A stretch of 64,000 nucleotides of DNA from positions 32,001 to 96,000 of the IMG/VR virus record IMGVR_UViG_3300050821_006280. The stretch is one strand, 5' to 3'. The position numbers were made by a program, and so were the translations under genes. Positions 27,988 to 37,353 of this stretch are shown here, piece by piece. The first letter of the stretch is position 1, and each line of letters starts with the position of its first letter. Below the pieces are notes generated by a model that worked only from the letters and a program-made list of their open reading frames with translations, ran no database searches and had not been told where the DNA came from. Source of the stretch: a virus.

Positions 27988-29334
27988 TCACCCATTAACA
28001 GCCACTGCTTGCTGAGGATAGAACCTCGCATATGCGCGATCTCTACACTCGGCATATTCCTTACAGAGCGGGATCTGGTCTGCTCGGATATCAACGATCA
28101 CTGGGTCCTTCTTGCCTGGATAGGCCGTCAGTGCCCAGCCGACAGGAGCTTCTGGAGTCTTTATTGGAGACGCCAGCACAACTGTGTCAATCGCCGGGAT
28201 GTCGAGAGTCTTCGCCGAAGTCTTGTAGGACGCAAAGATCACATCTGCCACTGAAGCTGCCTCAATGTCAGAGTCAAGCATGTCTTCAGTGATATGATCC
28301 GTTTTGATAATCCGATCCTTAAACTGCGTCTCTACCTCAGTCCTGAGACGCTTCAGATGATCGAACGTCTCCGAAAACACGACAATCTTCCGACGGGCTG
28401 CTAGTGCCTGAACAATCTGATTTGTAACCTCTTGGTTGTAATTAGTGTTCTTAGAGACCACTTCAACCACAAGCTCACGCGACGCCAGCTGCGGATTGAA
28501 GTATGGATGCGTGATCCTAAACGACGTGAAAACCCTTCTGATTTTCGGCGTCAGTCGCTGCACTTGGCTCGTATATAGACGACGGCCAAGGTGATACTCA
28601 AAGACCTTGTCTGCCTTGTCATCGCGTGCAGGCTTGGAAGATAAGCCCAGGCGCTTCCCCGCGTGGAAGAAGCCAATAGCCCTTGAAAAGTTGGCTGGGT
28701 CTACGGAGTGACACTGGTCGACCACGACTAATCCAAAGCTTCGCTCTATCGACTCGGGCATCGTTTCCTTGACGACTTGCGACGCCACGCCATCAATCGG
28801 CGCCACGACCACATGACATCCATCAATCTCCCACTTACGATTTGCGAGCTGGCCGACCTTCATTGTTGGGCAACGCTCGTTCAATCGCTTTTTCCACAAC
28901 GCAAGTCGCTGAGTGCTATTGACCAGAATCACCGTCGTTGTCTTCAGGCGTGTGATTGCTTCGATGGTGGTGTTAATCTTCCCCCAGCCCGGCGGGGCGT
29001 AGACGATTCCTCCCGTGACCTCACGAGATGCAAGCGACGCAATCAGCATTCGCAAAGCAGTCTCGTTCTCATCTACAACCTTTAGTGCCGGCTCTACATC
29101 AGCGAACTCGGTTCCGGTGCTATGAGCCAATCGGATCTCGTGCTTGCGCGTGAGCTTACTGTAGAAGAATTCACGAGCGATCCCGAGTCGACCTTCCTGT
29201 TCAAGGAAGCAGTTGACGAGAGAGCAATCCTGCCCGACGCGGGGTACGGCCAGTTGACTCTTGAGCCAGCCAAGCTGAACAGGCTCAAGCTCCGATGTCG
29301 AGATCCATGCATATCCAGCGATGACGACTTCCAT
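27988..29334 (-). CDS. SF2 (UvsW/DEAD-like) helicase-fold protein with degenerate motifs
   Basis: APPGWGKI, VVVDQCH, LGLSSKPARDD, LDIPAIDTVVLASP; motif VI degenerate; ATG at 29334. Confidence 0.75.
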   Translation of the reverse strand: MEVVIAGYAWISTSELEPVQLGWLKSQLAVPRVGQDCSLVNCFLEQEGRLGIAREFFYSKLTRKHEIRLAHSTGTEFADVEPALKVVDENETALRMLIASLASREVTGGIVYAPPGWGKINTTIEAITRLKTTTVILVNSTQRLALWKKRLNERCPTMKVGQLANRKWEIDGCHVVVAPIDGVASQVVKETMPESIERSFGLVVVDQCHSVDPANFSRAIGFFHAGKRLGLSSKPARDDKADKVFEYHLGRRLYTSQVQRLTPKIRRVFTSFRITHPYFNPQLASRELVVEVVSKNTNYNQEVTNQIVQALAARRKIVVFSETFDHLKRLRTEVETQFKDRIIKTDHITEDMLDSDIEAASVADVIFASYKTSAKTLDIPAIDTVVLASPIKTPEAPVGWALTAYPGKKDPVIVDIRADQIPLCKEYAECRDRAYARFYPQQAVAVNG

Positions 29335-29428
29335 AGCCTGAGGCCTCACCAAAAAGGAACAAGGCCTCAGGCCTCTGGCGGCAACGCAAAGCCTTGACTC
29401 GACCAATCCGCTCAGAAGGCCTGAGGCC
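29335..29428 (-). promoter_or_regulatory. Three-copy inverted repeat element (A-B-A) able to form mutually exclusive hairpins over the RBS
   Basis: On the mRNA strand: GGCCTCAGGCCT, then AGGCCTGAGGCCT, then AGGCCTCAGGCT-ATG. Confidence 0.55.
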
Positions 29429-29448
29429 CAGTTTCAGCCCAACAGGGC

Positions 29449-30249
29449 CTAGAACGGAACGTCGTCCGTCTGCGTGCCGCCCGAGCTGCCGCCGGACGAG
29501 CCATTTGCCTGGAACCCACGGGCGCCAGACATAGCTGCCCTCATTGCAGCCGGCTCCATCGGGGCATGAACGTTGGCATAGTTGAATGGCGGAACGGAAG
29601 CTGGGATCTCTCCCGTCTCTGGGATCTGGAAGTGATGAGCAAGATAGCGGCGAACTCGTGCCGAGGTTGGGTCCGACGGGTTGTTCGCTGCGTCGATCAT
29701 GTCCTTCAGCTTCTTGCCCTTGTACGAAACGACTTCGTAGAGCTTGACCATATCGACTTCACGCTTGTGCTCGAAGTCATCGCCGGTGCTCGCCGAGTTG
29801 TCGTCCGTACGAAGAACCTGGAACAGCTGTCCGACCAAGCTTCCTTTTGCTTCCTTCTTGGCCTTGAGCTTGTTCAAGACCTTGGTCTTCGGCGACAGCT
29901 CGACCAGCTCGTACTTGTGTTCCTTGCCGTCCTTCGAGACGTATCCGGTCACGTCCACGATCGTGTAGTGACCGATATACTCAGCCTTTTGAACACCCTT
30001 GGCGGCATCGCCTGGACAACCTTCGGGATTGATCTTGGAGATGCAGGTCGCGTATTGGAAGTTCTTGTCATCACCAACGCGCCAGCTGTGCTCCCAGATG
30101 CAGAACGGAGAATCGTCGATGAATACGATCTCCTTGGAGGCACCAACCTTCAACCAGAAGCGACGCGGAGCGGCACCAAGATCTCTTCGCTCCTGTTCCT
30201 TCTCTGCGCCGGCATATCCGGTTTCGTACCACGACTTGTTTGCACTCAT
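29449..30249 (-). CDS. Phage-type ssDNA-binding protein (gp32-like)
   Basis: RRFWLK, metal-site H/C residues, acidic C-terminus ending DDVPF. Confidence 0.7.
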   Translation of the reverse strand: MSANKSWYETGYAGAEKEQERRDLGAAPRRFWLKVGASKEIVFIDDSPFCIWEHSWRVGDDKNFQYATCISKINPEGCPGDAAKGVQKAEYIGHYTIVDVTGYVSKDGKEHKYELVELSPKTKVLNKLKAKKEAKGSLVGQLFQVLRTDDNSASTGDDFEHKREVDMVKLYEVVSYKGKKLKDMIDAANNPSDPTSARVRRYLAHHFQIPETGEIPASVPPFNYANVHAPMEPAAMRAAMSGARGFQANGSSGGSSGGTQTDDVPF

Positions 30250-30355
30250 ATGCGCCCTCCGCGCTGTAGGGGGTCCCTTATGGTGACCCGTGGTAAAGCC
30301 CAAGATCAGATCTTAGGCGAAACGAATTCCATTAAGCGCGTATGACGATCGAATG

Positions 30356-31468
30356 TCAACCGACAAACTTAGATCGGATCTCGTCTAGATGATGGTCACT
30401 TAGCTGATCTGGATCGAGCCCATCAGGTGTCGGAAAAATCTGGGTGTTTATTCGTTTTCCTAACGAATCCGCGATCTGATTTGCGACCTTCCTGCCAGCT
30501 GCGTCTCCGTCGGGAATTATCACCAGACGATCAAACCATCGTACTATCTTCTCACGCTGGTACCTACCAAGGTCTGATCCGAGCATTCCGGTTACATTCT
30601 GTATCCCTCGGTCATCGAGCCAAATCACATCGAACATCCCCTCCACCAAAAACACTGTTCCACGACCTGAGCCATCATACGTGAGATGGTCCTCACCGAA
30701 GAGATACACCTCCTTCTTGAAGCCGGTAGCGTGCATCCATGGCGGTGGCTCCCAGTTATCAAGGGAACACGGCAGAAATCGTCCGCCAATATTCACCAGC
30801 CTCCCGTTACGATCATACTGCGGGATCGCTATGCGTTTAGCGACTGGATGCCAACCAAGCTTCCATTTCTGTATCGCAGCGAGAGAGAGATTTCGGCCCT
30901 TCTCCAAATATAGAAGAGGGTCCACTCCAGTTGCTTCGACCCAGCTACGATCAACGAGCATCGCACGCATATCATCCATGGCTTTGACATGCGTATCTGG
31001 TAAGCTCGGCAATGCATCAGCTACTGAAAGAACGTCACCGTAGTCGCGCCCCTGCGTGTAGAGCTTTGAAATGCTATCATTCGGATCTGGCATCGCGTAG
31101 ATACCGGATCCGTGTTTCAAACGTTCCAGCTGTGGAAGTGGATTGCGCTGGTCCCCGTCCTGAAGTTCATTGATGAGACGATCAATCTTATCTTTCGATT
31201 TCCTTTCAGTGTGCTGTCGTTTGATTCGATAAAGCAGGTCTTTCATCGTCCCGCGGAACATGCATGTTCCCGACAGGCACTTGCATTTGCTCTCATCGTT
31301 ATCGACGGCAAATACAGCGAACGACGGCCTCTTGTCCCGCCCCATCTTATGAGTCCATGGTGCCAAAGGACAAGACGAACGAACGATCTGCCCCGTTGCC
31401 GTGGCTGTCGTGGTGATCCGATCCACATGCAGAGCACGTAGAATTCGTTCGATTTTATCAGCCTTCAC
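30356..31468 (-). CDS. DNA primase (Zn finger + TOPRIM)
   Basis: CPLAPWTH, FLVEGMFD, PDGDAAG, DPD. Confidence 0.88.
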   Translation of the reverse strand: MKADKIERILRALHVDRITTTATATGQIVRSSCPLAPWTHKMGRDKRPSFAVFAVDNDESKCKCLSGTCMFRGTMKDLLYRIKRQHTERKSKDKIDRLINELQDGDQRNPLPQLERLKHGSGIYAMPDPNDSISKLYTQGRDYGDVLSVADALPSLPDTHVKAMDDMRAMLVDRSWVEATGVDPLLYLEKGRNLSLAAIQKWKLGWHPVAKRIAIPQYDRNGRLVNIGGRFLPCSLDNWEPPPWMHATGFKKEVYLFGEDHLTYDGSGRGTVFLVEGMFDVIWLDDRGIQNVTGMLGSDLGRYQREKIVRWFDRLVIIPDGDAAGRKVANQIADSLGKRINTQIFPTPDGLDPDQLSDHHLDEIRSKFVG

Positions 31469-31476
31469 CGACGATC

Positions 31477-31505
31477 AGTGTCGCGTTCGTCGACGAGATT
31501 GTCTA
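31477..31505 (-). promoter_or_regulatory. Promoter TAGACA(ATC)-N17-GACACT
   Basis: Recurrent motif; overlaps the upstream TAG stop. Confidence 0.5.
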
Positions 31506-31922
31506 CTTCTTAGAAGGTGATTGTGGCTGCGGCGCGGCTGGATTGATCCCCGCTCGTTCTTGATCTTGACTGTCCTTGGCGTTGGCTGGCTTTGGTGGCT
31601 GCCGTCCACCAGGCCCATCCAGCTCATAAAGCTTGGGCTCGATCATTTTGAACAAGCGCTCAAACTGGAGATCTTTATTCGAGCCCTGAAAGCCTTCACG
31701 AATATGCTGCTGGTTCCGGGTCCAGCCTTTGCCAGTAAGCCTGATACCTTCAAGAACCTCTTGCCCGGCGGCCGGATAGAGGTATCCCTGCTTACCCAGC
31801 TGAGCACGAGCAATTTTCATTGCCCGGACTACCCCGTCGGCCCCACCGCCGGTGACACCTTTGTTGAAGATCGCTACGACGCAATGCCGAAAGAGAGGAG
31901 GGATGTCACGCCAGCCCGGCAT
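31503..31922 (-). CDS. Hypothetical protein
   Basis: ORF; start uncertain (31922 or 32000). Confidence 0.55.
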   Translation of the reverse strand: MPGWRDIPPLFRHCVVAIFNKGVTGGGADGVVRAMKIARAQLGKQGYLYPAAGQEVLEGIRLTGKGWTRNQQHIREGFQGSNKDLQFERLFKMIEPKLYELDGPGGRQPPKPANAKDSQDQERAGINPAAPQPQSPSKK

Positions 31923-31947
31923 GACTCGATCGTAGCACGAGTAACAG

Positions 31948-32346
31948 CTAGCTGGCCGCGGAGGCGCTCTTTTCTTTCTTCGGGTTCGCCTTCTTGGCAT
32001 TGGCCTTCTTCGTGCTCTCCTTCTTCACACCGGGGTTCCACTTGCCACCCGGCTGTCTCGCGCGATCCCGCAAGACCAACTTCTGCTCGTGGGTATAGGA
32101 CCCGTCGTGAGCCGCGCAGCACATGCCATAGCGAGGAGCCCCAGGCTCCTTGCAGTCCGGCGCAATGCACGGCTTGCGCGGCCTCGGCTTCCGGGCCAAC
32201 GGGACGCTGCCCACGCCCTGGGCGAGCCTGGAGAGGCGCTTCTGCACCTCCACAGCGACCACCGAGTCCACGACTTCCGTGAACATCTTGGCCACGCTGT
32301 CCGCGAGCTGCTTGGCTGCCTGCTTCCGATCCATCTCGTCCTCCAT
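31948..32346 (-). CDS. Small basic C-C-C-H zinc-finger protein, possibly nucleoid-associated
   Basis: N-terminal helix, CIAPDC...YGMCCAAH, Lys/Ala tail; own promoter; GC-rich codons. Confidence 0.6.
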   Translation of the reverse strand: MEDEMDRKQAAKQLADSVAKMFTEVVDSVVAVEVQKRLSRLAQGVGSVPLARKPRPRKPCIAPDCKEPGAPRYGMCCAAHDGSYTHEQKLVLRDRARQPGGKWNPGVKKESTKKANAKKANPKKEKSASAAS

Positions 32347-32419
32347 CTCGCCGGATAGTCCGGCCGTTGTCTCACCCAGTTCTACGAATGAATTAGGCAG
32401 ACATTACAAAACAATCTGG

Positions 32420-32448
32420 AGATTATTTAGAGATGAACCAAGTGTCAA
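32420..32448 (-). promoter_or_regulatory. Promoter TTGACA-N17-TAATCT in an AT-rich gap
   Basis: Hexamers read directly. Confidence 0.55.
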
Positions 32449-32449
32449 G

Positions 32450-32704
32450 CTAGACGTAATCTAGAAACTCGGTATCTACTTCGTCAGATAACCCTAAAGA
32501 TTTAAGCAGTTGCAACCTAAACCCGGACACTTCCTTGCCGCATTGCGGATCTCCGTTGAGATGAATTACGTAGATATCCGCTTGGGCTTTCGCAGCTCTC
32601 TCGATCCTGTATTCGAGCTTGCCAGCACGTTTGTCGAGCAATGCGATGTAGGCACTCTCGTTAGGATTGATCTTTTGCCTGCACCTAACACATCTGCCCA
32701 TCAT
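32450..32704 (-). CDS. Hypothetical protein
   Basis: CVRC motif; AGGAG RBS. Confidence 0.55.
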   Translation of the reverse strand: MMGRCVRCRQKINPNESAYIALLDKRAGKLEYRIERAAKAQADIYVIHLNGDPQCGKEVSGFRLQLLKSLGLSDEVDTEFLDYV

Positions 32705-32715
32705 CCGTACTCCTG

Positions 32716-34065
32716 TCAGAAAGGAAGATCGTCTAGCTTATCTGGATCGTTCTGCACAGCGGTTGGCGCCACATCGTCATCGGCTCCTGGCTCGCGCGGC
32801 TCAAAACTTCCACTGGGTGAAACCGCCCCACCGCTAGACGAGCTGACATCCATGCCAGATTCATCGACCTCGGAAAAGTCCATACGATCAAGATCCCAAC
32901 GGATTCTGATATTTCCTGGCTTCCCCTCACGGATTTTCATCGAGACGATTTCCATCTTTGCATCGGTACGCATCTCGTCAGACTGATGGATTCCGTACAT
33001 GATGTCCGAGTTCCAGCCTGCTACGTCGGTGATTCCAACGTTATCCGCGGTGATAGTCGAGGACTCCCCCTTCTTCGCAGAACGGTTGAATTGCGTGTTT
33101 GCGACAGTTGTCAACTTCCCACGCTTCGCTATTCTCTTGAGGTCATCGAACGTATTCGACACCCTCTCGTGGCGATCCTTCCCGGTATTCTTGATCAGGT
33201 AGGCACCGTCGACGGCTGCAAGTTGACACTCTGAGTCCTCAATTGCAGTTCCAACGTTGTCGATAGAGAAATCGAAATCGCCACCGACGATGTAGATCCC
33301 CTGCTCGTTGAGTATAGACGCAATACCTGAGCGCAGTTTCTGCTCTGCAAATTCGCCAAGCTTCCCCCTGCGAACATCATCGTACGGAAGCCGGAAGTGC
33401 AATGCAAAAAAGCGCATTGCCATCTTGATCTTGTTCATTTCTGTCGAGACGATCATGACTCTCGCCCCGTCCTTCCAAGCTGCATGCGTCACAACAAGCA
33501 GTGTCCAGGTCTTTCCGGTTCCAAGTCTACCGGCGAACAAGACGAGATCTTCGGGCCACCACCCCATGGTCTGGTCGTCCATGGTCGGCCATGGAGTTGC
33601 AATCCCCCGTTTTCCAGCTTTGATGTTGTCGTATTGCTGGAGCACTTCCTTGCCAAGTGCGAAGAGTGATTCGATCTTCGAGACCGAGTTGCACTCACGC
33701 ATAATCTTTCGGTTGATCTCTCGCCAGACCTCTGCTGCCGCCTGAGGATCACGTCCCTCTAGCTTCTCTGTGACCTTGGCAGCACCTTCACGTAAACCCT
33801 GAAATAGCCGTCTGCTGATAACTTCGTTGATCCAGAATACTGGCGTCTCGCTTGTAATGACAGGCAAGTCGACACCCGTCTTCTGCAAGATCACATCTGG
33901 CGTCGGCAGAGACCCATATTCCTTGCGATGGAGCAGCAAATACTCGAACGCGTTGCGCCCATCCCCAAACAAATGATCTGGGGTAATGCCCTTATCAAGC
34001 GCCTGCGACAGCGCTTTGGCTCCGCCCAATGAAACGGAGAGAACAAATTCCTTATCCAGATCCAC
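32716..34065 (-). CDS. dnaB: DnaB-like replicative helicase
   Basis: FAGRLGTGKT, VSTEM, AVDGAYL, NTQFNR, KIREG. Confidence 0.92.
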   Translation of the reverse strand: MDLDKEFVLSVSLGGAKALSQALDKGITPDHLFGDGRNAFEYLLLHRKEYGSLPTPDVILQKTGVDLPVITSETPVFWINEVISRRLFQGLREGAAKVTEKLEGRDPQAAAEVWREINRKIMRECNSVSKIESLFALGKEVLQQYDNIKAGKRGIATPWPTMDDQTMGWWPEDLVLFAGRLGTGKTWTLLVVTHAAWKDGARVMIVSTEMNKIKMAMRFFALHFRLPYDDVRRGKLGEFAEQKLRSGIASILNEQGIYIVGGDFDFSIDNVGTAIEDSECQLAAVDGAYLIKNTGKDRHERVSNTFDDLKRIAKRGKLTTVANTQFNRSAKKGESSTITADNVGITDVAGWNSDIMYGIHQSDEMRTDAKMEIVSMKIREGKPGNIRIRWDLDRMDFSEVDESGMDVSSSSGGAVSPSGSFEPREPGADDDVAPTAVQNDPDKLDDLPF

Positions 34066-34071
34066 GGCTGC

Positions 34072-34422
34072 TTACCGAATCCCGCCCCGGATAACCTTCA
34101 GGTGCAGATGAGACCGACGATCAATTTTCTTCTTAGAAGAAGCTTCGCGACGCGCTTCCTCTCCGATATCTCGTAGCTCCTCCAGCAGAGCGCGGGCTTC
34201 CCAGATGTACGGCACATCATCCATGAGAGGATCGCCTTCTGCCGCCTCAAGGCACGAGCAATGAAATGACGCGAAGATCAAAACCTTGTTCTGGATCAGG
34301 GAGTTGTATTCAGCCGGCCCGTTAGCGATCATGGCATCAGCAACAACCCGAATCTGCGGAACGCCAAAGACAATCTCTTCCTGGCAGATCTCGCAGATAT
34401 CCCTGACCTCCTCGCCAACCAT
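34072..34422 (-). CDS. Hypothetical protein
   Basis: CEIC...FHCSC. Confidence 0.55.
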   Translation of the reverse strand: MVGEEVRDICEICQEEIVFGVPQIRVVADAMIANGPAEYNSLIQNKVLIFASFHCSCLEAAEGDPLMDDVPYIWEARALLEELRDIGEEARREASSKKKIDRRSHLHLKVIRGGIR

Positions 34423-35124
34423 CTACTTGTTCTCCCTTGATTTGATCCGAGCCTGAAATGCGTCCGATGATTTCTGTCTGAGATTCTCTCCCTCGATCGT
34501 GACGCCAATATTCGTTCCCTGGAAGACTCCCCACAGGCTCTTGAGCCGCCGATCGTTCCCCCATGATGATCCCGGGATTCTTGTGGTGAGCATCGTGACC
34601 TTCCCGTCCGCCTGGCGTCGAGTGACCAGCTTCTCCATATGCTTCGGACCGAACCGATTGTCTTCGATAAAGTCCTCGTTGAAGTTGTCGAGAACGAGCA
34701 AGTCTACGGCGCGGATGCGTTCCATCATCGACATGGAGTCATCGAACGGACGATCATTGAATTGAAGCTCTTGCAGCTCCTCGTGGAAGGTGACGCGAAC
34801 AGTGAAGGTCCACCGCCGCGCTTCCATTGCGATGATCGCAGCAGCAGCTGATTTTCCTACGCCAGGCTCACCCGTGAAGACGAAACCATTTCCACTTTGC
34901 ACATACTTGACGATATCGTGACAGTAATTGATGACAGTATTCCTAGCGTCTTCGTCCTGTATGCCCTTCGCCTTTACTCCCCGATAGAGCCTGCCGAGGT
35001 TCATTAGCTTGAAATCGAACTCGACAAGCTGATCCCGCCTCTGCCATCTCGACACGACAGCTTGCGTGACTGGCTGGGTGTCTGGGTCATCGCGGGAAAT
35101 CAGCGGCTTTTTCTCATCACTCAT
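34423..35124 (-). CDS. DnaC/IstB-like helicase loader ATPase
   Basis: GEPGVGKS and DLLVLDN; sits between the initiator and DnaB. Confidence 0.85.
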   Translation of the reverse strand: MSDEKKPLISRDDPDTQPVTQAVVSRWQRRDQLVEFDFKLMNLGRLYRGVKAKGIQDEDARNTVINYCHDIVKYVQSGNGFVFTGEPGVGKSAAAAIIAMEARRWTFTVRVTFHEELQELQFNDRPFDDSMSMMERIRAVDLLVLDNFNEDFIEDNRFGPKHMEKLVTRRQADGKVTMLTTRIPGSSWGNDRRLKSLWGVFQGTNIGVTIEGENLRQKSSDAFQARIKSRENK

Positions 35125-35152
35125 CGATCAACGCAGACGCTTGCGCGGCTCC

Positions 35153-36421
35153 TCAGAAGAACTTCGGCTCTGGCTTCTTATTGGCCGGCGAGGAATCGTT
35201 GCGCGAGATCTTGCCGAGCACCTCGGAGCGCTTGTAGTAGAGCAACGAGATCTCCGGCAAGCCCTCCGCCTTATACTTGCGGCTCCACTTGCTTTCCCAG
35301 CTTGAGATGAAATCCCGAACCCCTTCCTCAACAAGCTCCGGCCCAAAATCCTCCAGCATACGCTTGACTAGGACCATCTCCTGCTTCGTCCAACGTGGAT
35401 TCGGACGCCCATTGAACGAGTCGCGATAGGCCTCATCCCACCAGCTGCGCACGTTGCCAGCATTGACCACGCCAGCAGCGTCCTTCTGCTCCTGGTAGCT
35501 CGAACGGCGCTCAACGGACCCGCCAGCCTCTTCACGGCGGCGGCGCTTCTCCTCAGCCTTGGCAGCCTTCGCGCGCGATTTGGCATCGGTCTGCTCCATC
35601 GTCTGGCGTGACAGGTTTCTTAGCCGTTCAGCTCTCTCGTCGACCAGTTTCTTCTTCTGATCAACGACGCTAGTCCCTTCCCCTTGTGTTTCGCTGGGAT
35701 TTATAGAATCCCTAGTGTTTTCGTCTACCTTTGTCATCTGCTCTTGTACTAGAACATCGTCGATCCGATCCTGATTGTCATCTGCAATCTTCTGATCTTG
35801 AGTTGGTAAATCACCTGTAGGGGCAGCTGCCGGCGAAGCCGGACAATCCTTTATTTCTTTTTCATTAAATTCTTTTCTTTCTTTTCTTTTCATTTGTCCG
35901 AAATTCGCCACGGGTCGACCCGAAGCTTGTTTCGGTCCGACCCGAAATTTCTCACGGATCGACCCGTCGTTTATTTCGGTAGGAGGAATCTCGGTCCTCA
36001 GTATTTTCAAGTCGAGGTCATCACGATCAGCTTCGAGTAGCTTCCATCCGAATAGCTGAGCATGTCCGTATACATCAGACGCTGCGACAACCCACTTTTT
36101 GTCTGCTTTCAAAGCCTTATCAGCCTCGGTCCTGACCAGTCCCAATCTTATAAGTCGAGCTGCAAGCTGCTCTACCCGTCGGAGCGACTTGCCCATGTCA
36201 GCGGCAATTGTCGCCCACGAGGCGAAGGTATAGCCATGCTTGACAGACCGCACAGAAATGACGGCCAGCAGCACCTTCTCCGAGTCGCCGAGACGGCTGT
36301 CAGTCATATGGAGCAGACTTATGGGAGCCCAAGGCCCTGGAATAACCTCGGCAGCCCGCTGCGGAGCAGCAGGCCATTGCAAGACCTTGTGTTCGTCCTC
36401 TAGGCTGTCAGGCGGCATCAA
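35153..36421 (-). CDS. Replication initiator (N-terminal winged HTH), lambda O-like organisation
   Basis: FASWATIAADMGKSLRRVEQLAARLIRLGLV; internal iterons; upstream of dnaC and dnaB. Confidence 0.75.
   Translation of the reverse strand: MMPPDSLEDEHKVLQWPAAPQRAAEVIPGPWAPISLLHMTDSRLGDSEKVLLAVISVRSVKHGYTFASWATIAADMGKSLRRVEQLAARLIRLGLVRTEADKALKADKKWVVAASDVYGHAQLFGWKLLEADRDDLDLKILRTEIPPTEINDGSIREKFRVGPKQASGRPVANFGQMKRKERKEFNEKEIKDCPASPAAAPTGDLPTQDQKIADDNQDRIDDVLVQEQMTKVDENTRDSINPSETQGEGTSVVDQKKKLVDERAERLRNLSRQTMEQTDAKSRAKAAKAEEKRRRREEAGGSVERRSSYQEQKDAAGVVNAGNVRSWWDEAYRDSFNGRPNPRWTKQEMVLVKRMLEDFGPELVEEGVRDFISSWESKWSRKYKAEGLPEISLLYYKRSEVLGKISRNDSSPANKKPEPKFF
35850..35985. repeat. Putative replication origin: AT-rich tract plus four 22-bp iterons
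   Basis: Units starting CCG at 35898, 35920, 35942 and 35964, next to a T-rich tract at 35850-35895. Confidence 0.7.
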
Positions 36422-36693
36422 TCTGTCTCCATCTTGCTGCGAACTTCCAAAACGAACTTCATCAGCTTTTCGTCATCCTTGAACCATTCCCCGAACATCC
36501 TGTTCATACCGAAGCGACGGTGGATCTCGCGTTCCTGAACACGACCACCAGGCATGATCGCGAGGATCATCAGCTCGCGAGGATAGCCAGTTTGGATCTC
36601 GGAAAGACGTTTTTGGGGATCTTTGGAAAAGCCGATCTTGATCGGGCCGCCGGCTTTTTCTTGAATGAAATATACGTACGTCGTCGTCGCCAT
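36418..36693 (-). CDS. GIY-YIG-like (T5orf172/MUG113) nuclease
   Basis: YVYFIQ...IKIGFSKDPQKRL..QTG...EREIHRRF...GEWF. Confidence 0.85.
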   Translation of the reverse strand: MATTTYVYFIQEKAGGPIKIGFSKDPQKRLSEIQTGYPRELMILAIMPGGRVQEREIHRRFGMNRMFGEWFKDDEKLMKFVLEVRSKMETD

Positions 36694-36706
36694 GAGGGAC
36701 GATCAA

Positions 36707-36735
36707 ACGCTAGAAGCTAGATACCTGATTGTCTA
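36707..36735 (-). promoter_or_regulatory. Promoter TAGACA(ATC)-N17-TAGCGT
   Basis: Recurrent motif. Confidence 0.5.
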
Positions 36736-36741
36736 GGAGAT

Positions 36742-37353
36742 CTACTTTTTGAAGCGAGGACCGAAGTCGCGTATCATCGATCGGACGAGATGTGGATGTG
36801 GATTTGCCTGTGGCCTTCCCTTGCGGATCAATCCGAGAGCTTCGACGAAGCCCATCCCTTCGTACAGCATGAGGTACGAAATCGTCGCGGCAACCGAGCG
36901 CGAAATACCAGCTGCGCAGTGAACGATCAGATTGAGCCCCTTCTTCTTCGCTAGATGGATCTCCAGAGCCGCCTTCTCGAAGGCTCCGACGGGAGATAGC
37001 TCGCCATCCTCGATACCCACCTTGGCAAGAAAGATACCTGGCCAAGGCTCATAATCGATCTCCTTGGCCATATTCAAAATCGATTTGACCTCGTCATCGA
37101 CGAAGAAGATGGGCATGAAGACCGCCGCGTGTTCTCCTACCCAGATCCCTGGAAAGACCAGATTTGCTACCTGCTCTGTACGCATCCCATTCTTCCTGTG
37201 AGCCTCGAAGTCCGAATGCACCTTATCGAGGAATGCACGAAGCCCTGGAGGCAGTGCCCTTGCAGTCTGCTGCTTGTACTCCGTTAGCTTGTCAGTGTGG
37301 TCGCGGAAGTTCAAGGTGCCTCGTTCTACGCCAGAACGTCTCCGACCTTTCAC
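36742..37353 (-). CDS. Dual-specificity protein phosphatase
   Basis: CX5R motif LIVHCAAGISRS, acid loop IEDG, RPQANP. Confidence 0.88.
   Translation of the reverse strand: MKGRRRSGVERGTLNFRDHTDKLTEYKQQTARALPPGLRAFLDKVHSDFEAHRKNGMRTEQVANLVFPGIWVGEHAAVFMPIFFVDDEVKSILNMAKEIDYEPWPGIFLAKVGIEDGELSPVGAFEKAALEIHLAKKKGLNLIVHCAAGISRSVAATISYLMLYEGMGFVEALGLIRKGRPQANPHPHLVRSMIRDFGPRFKK

Noticed and set aside
8826-34065. Inteins or introns in terL, recA or dnaB
   Set aside because: Lengths are normal and no intein splice motifs or interruptions were seen.
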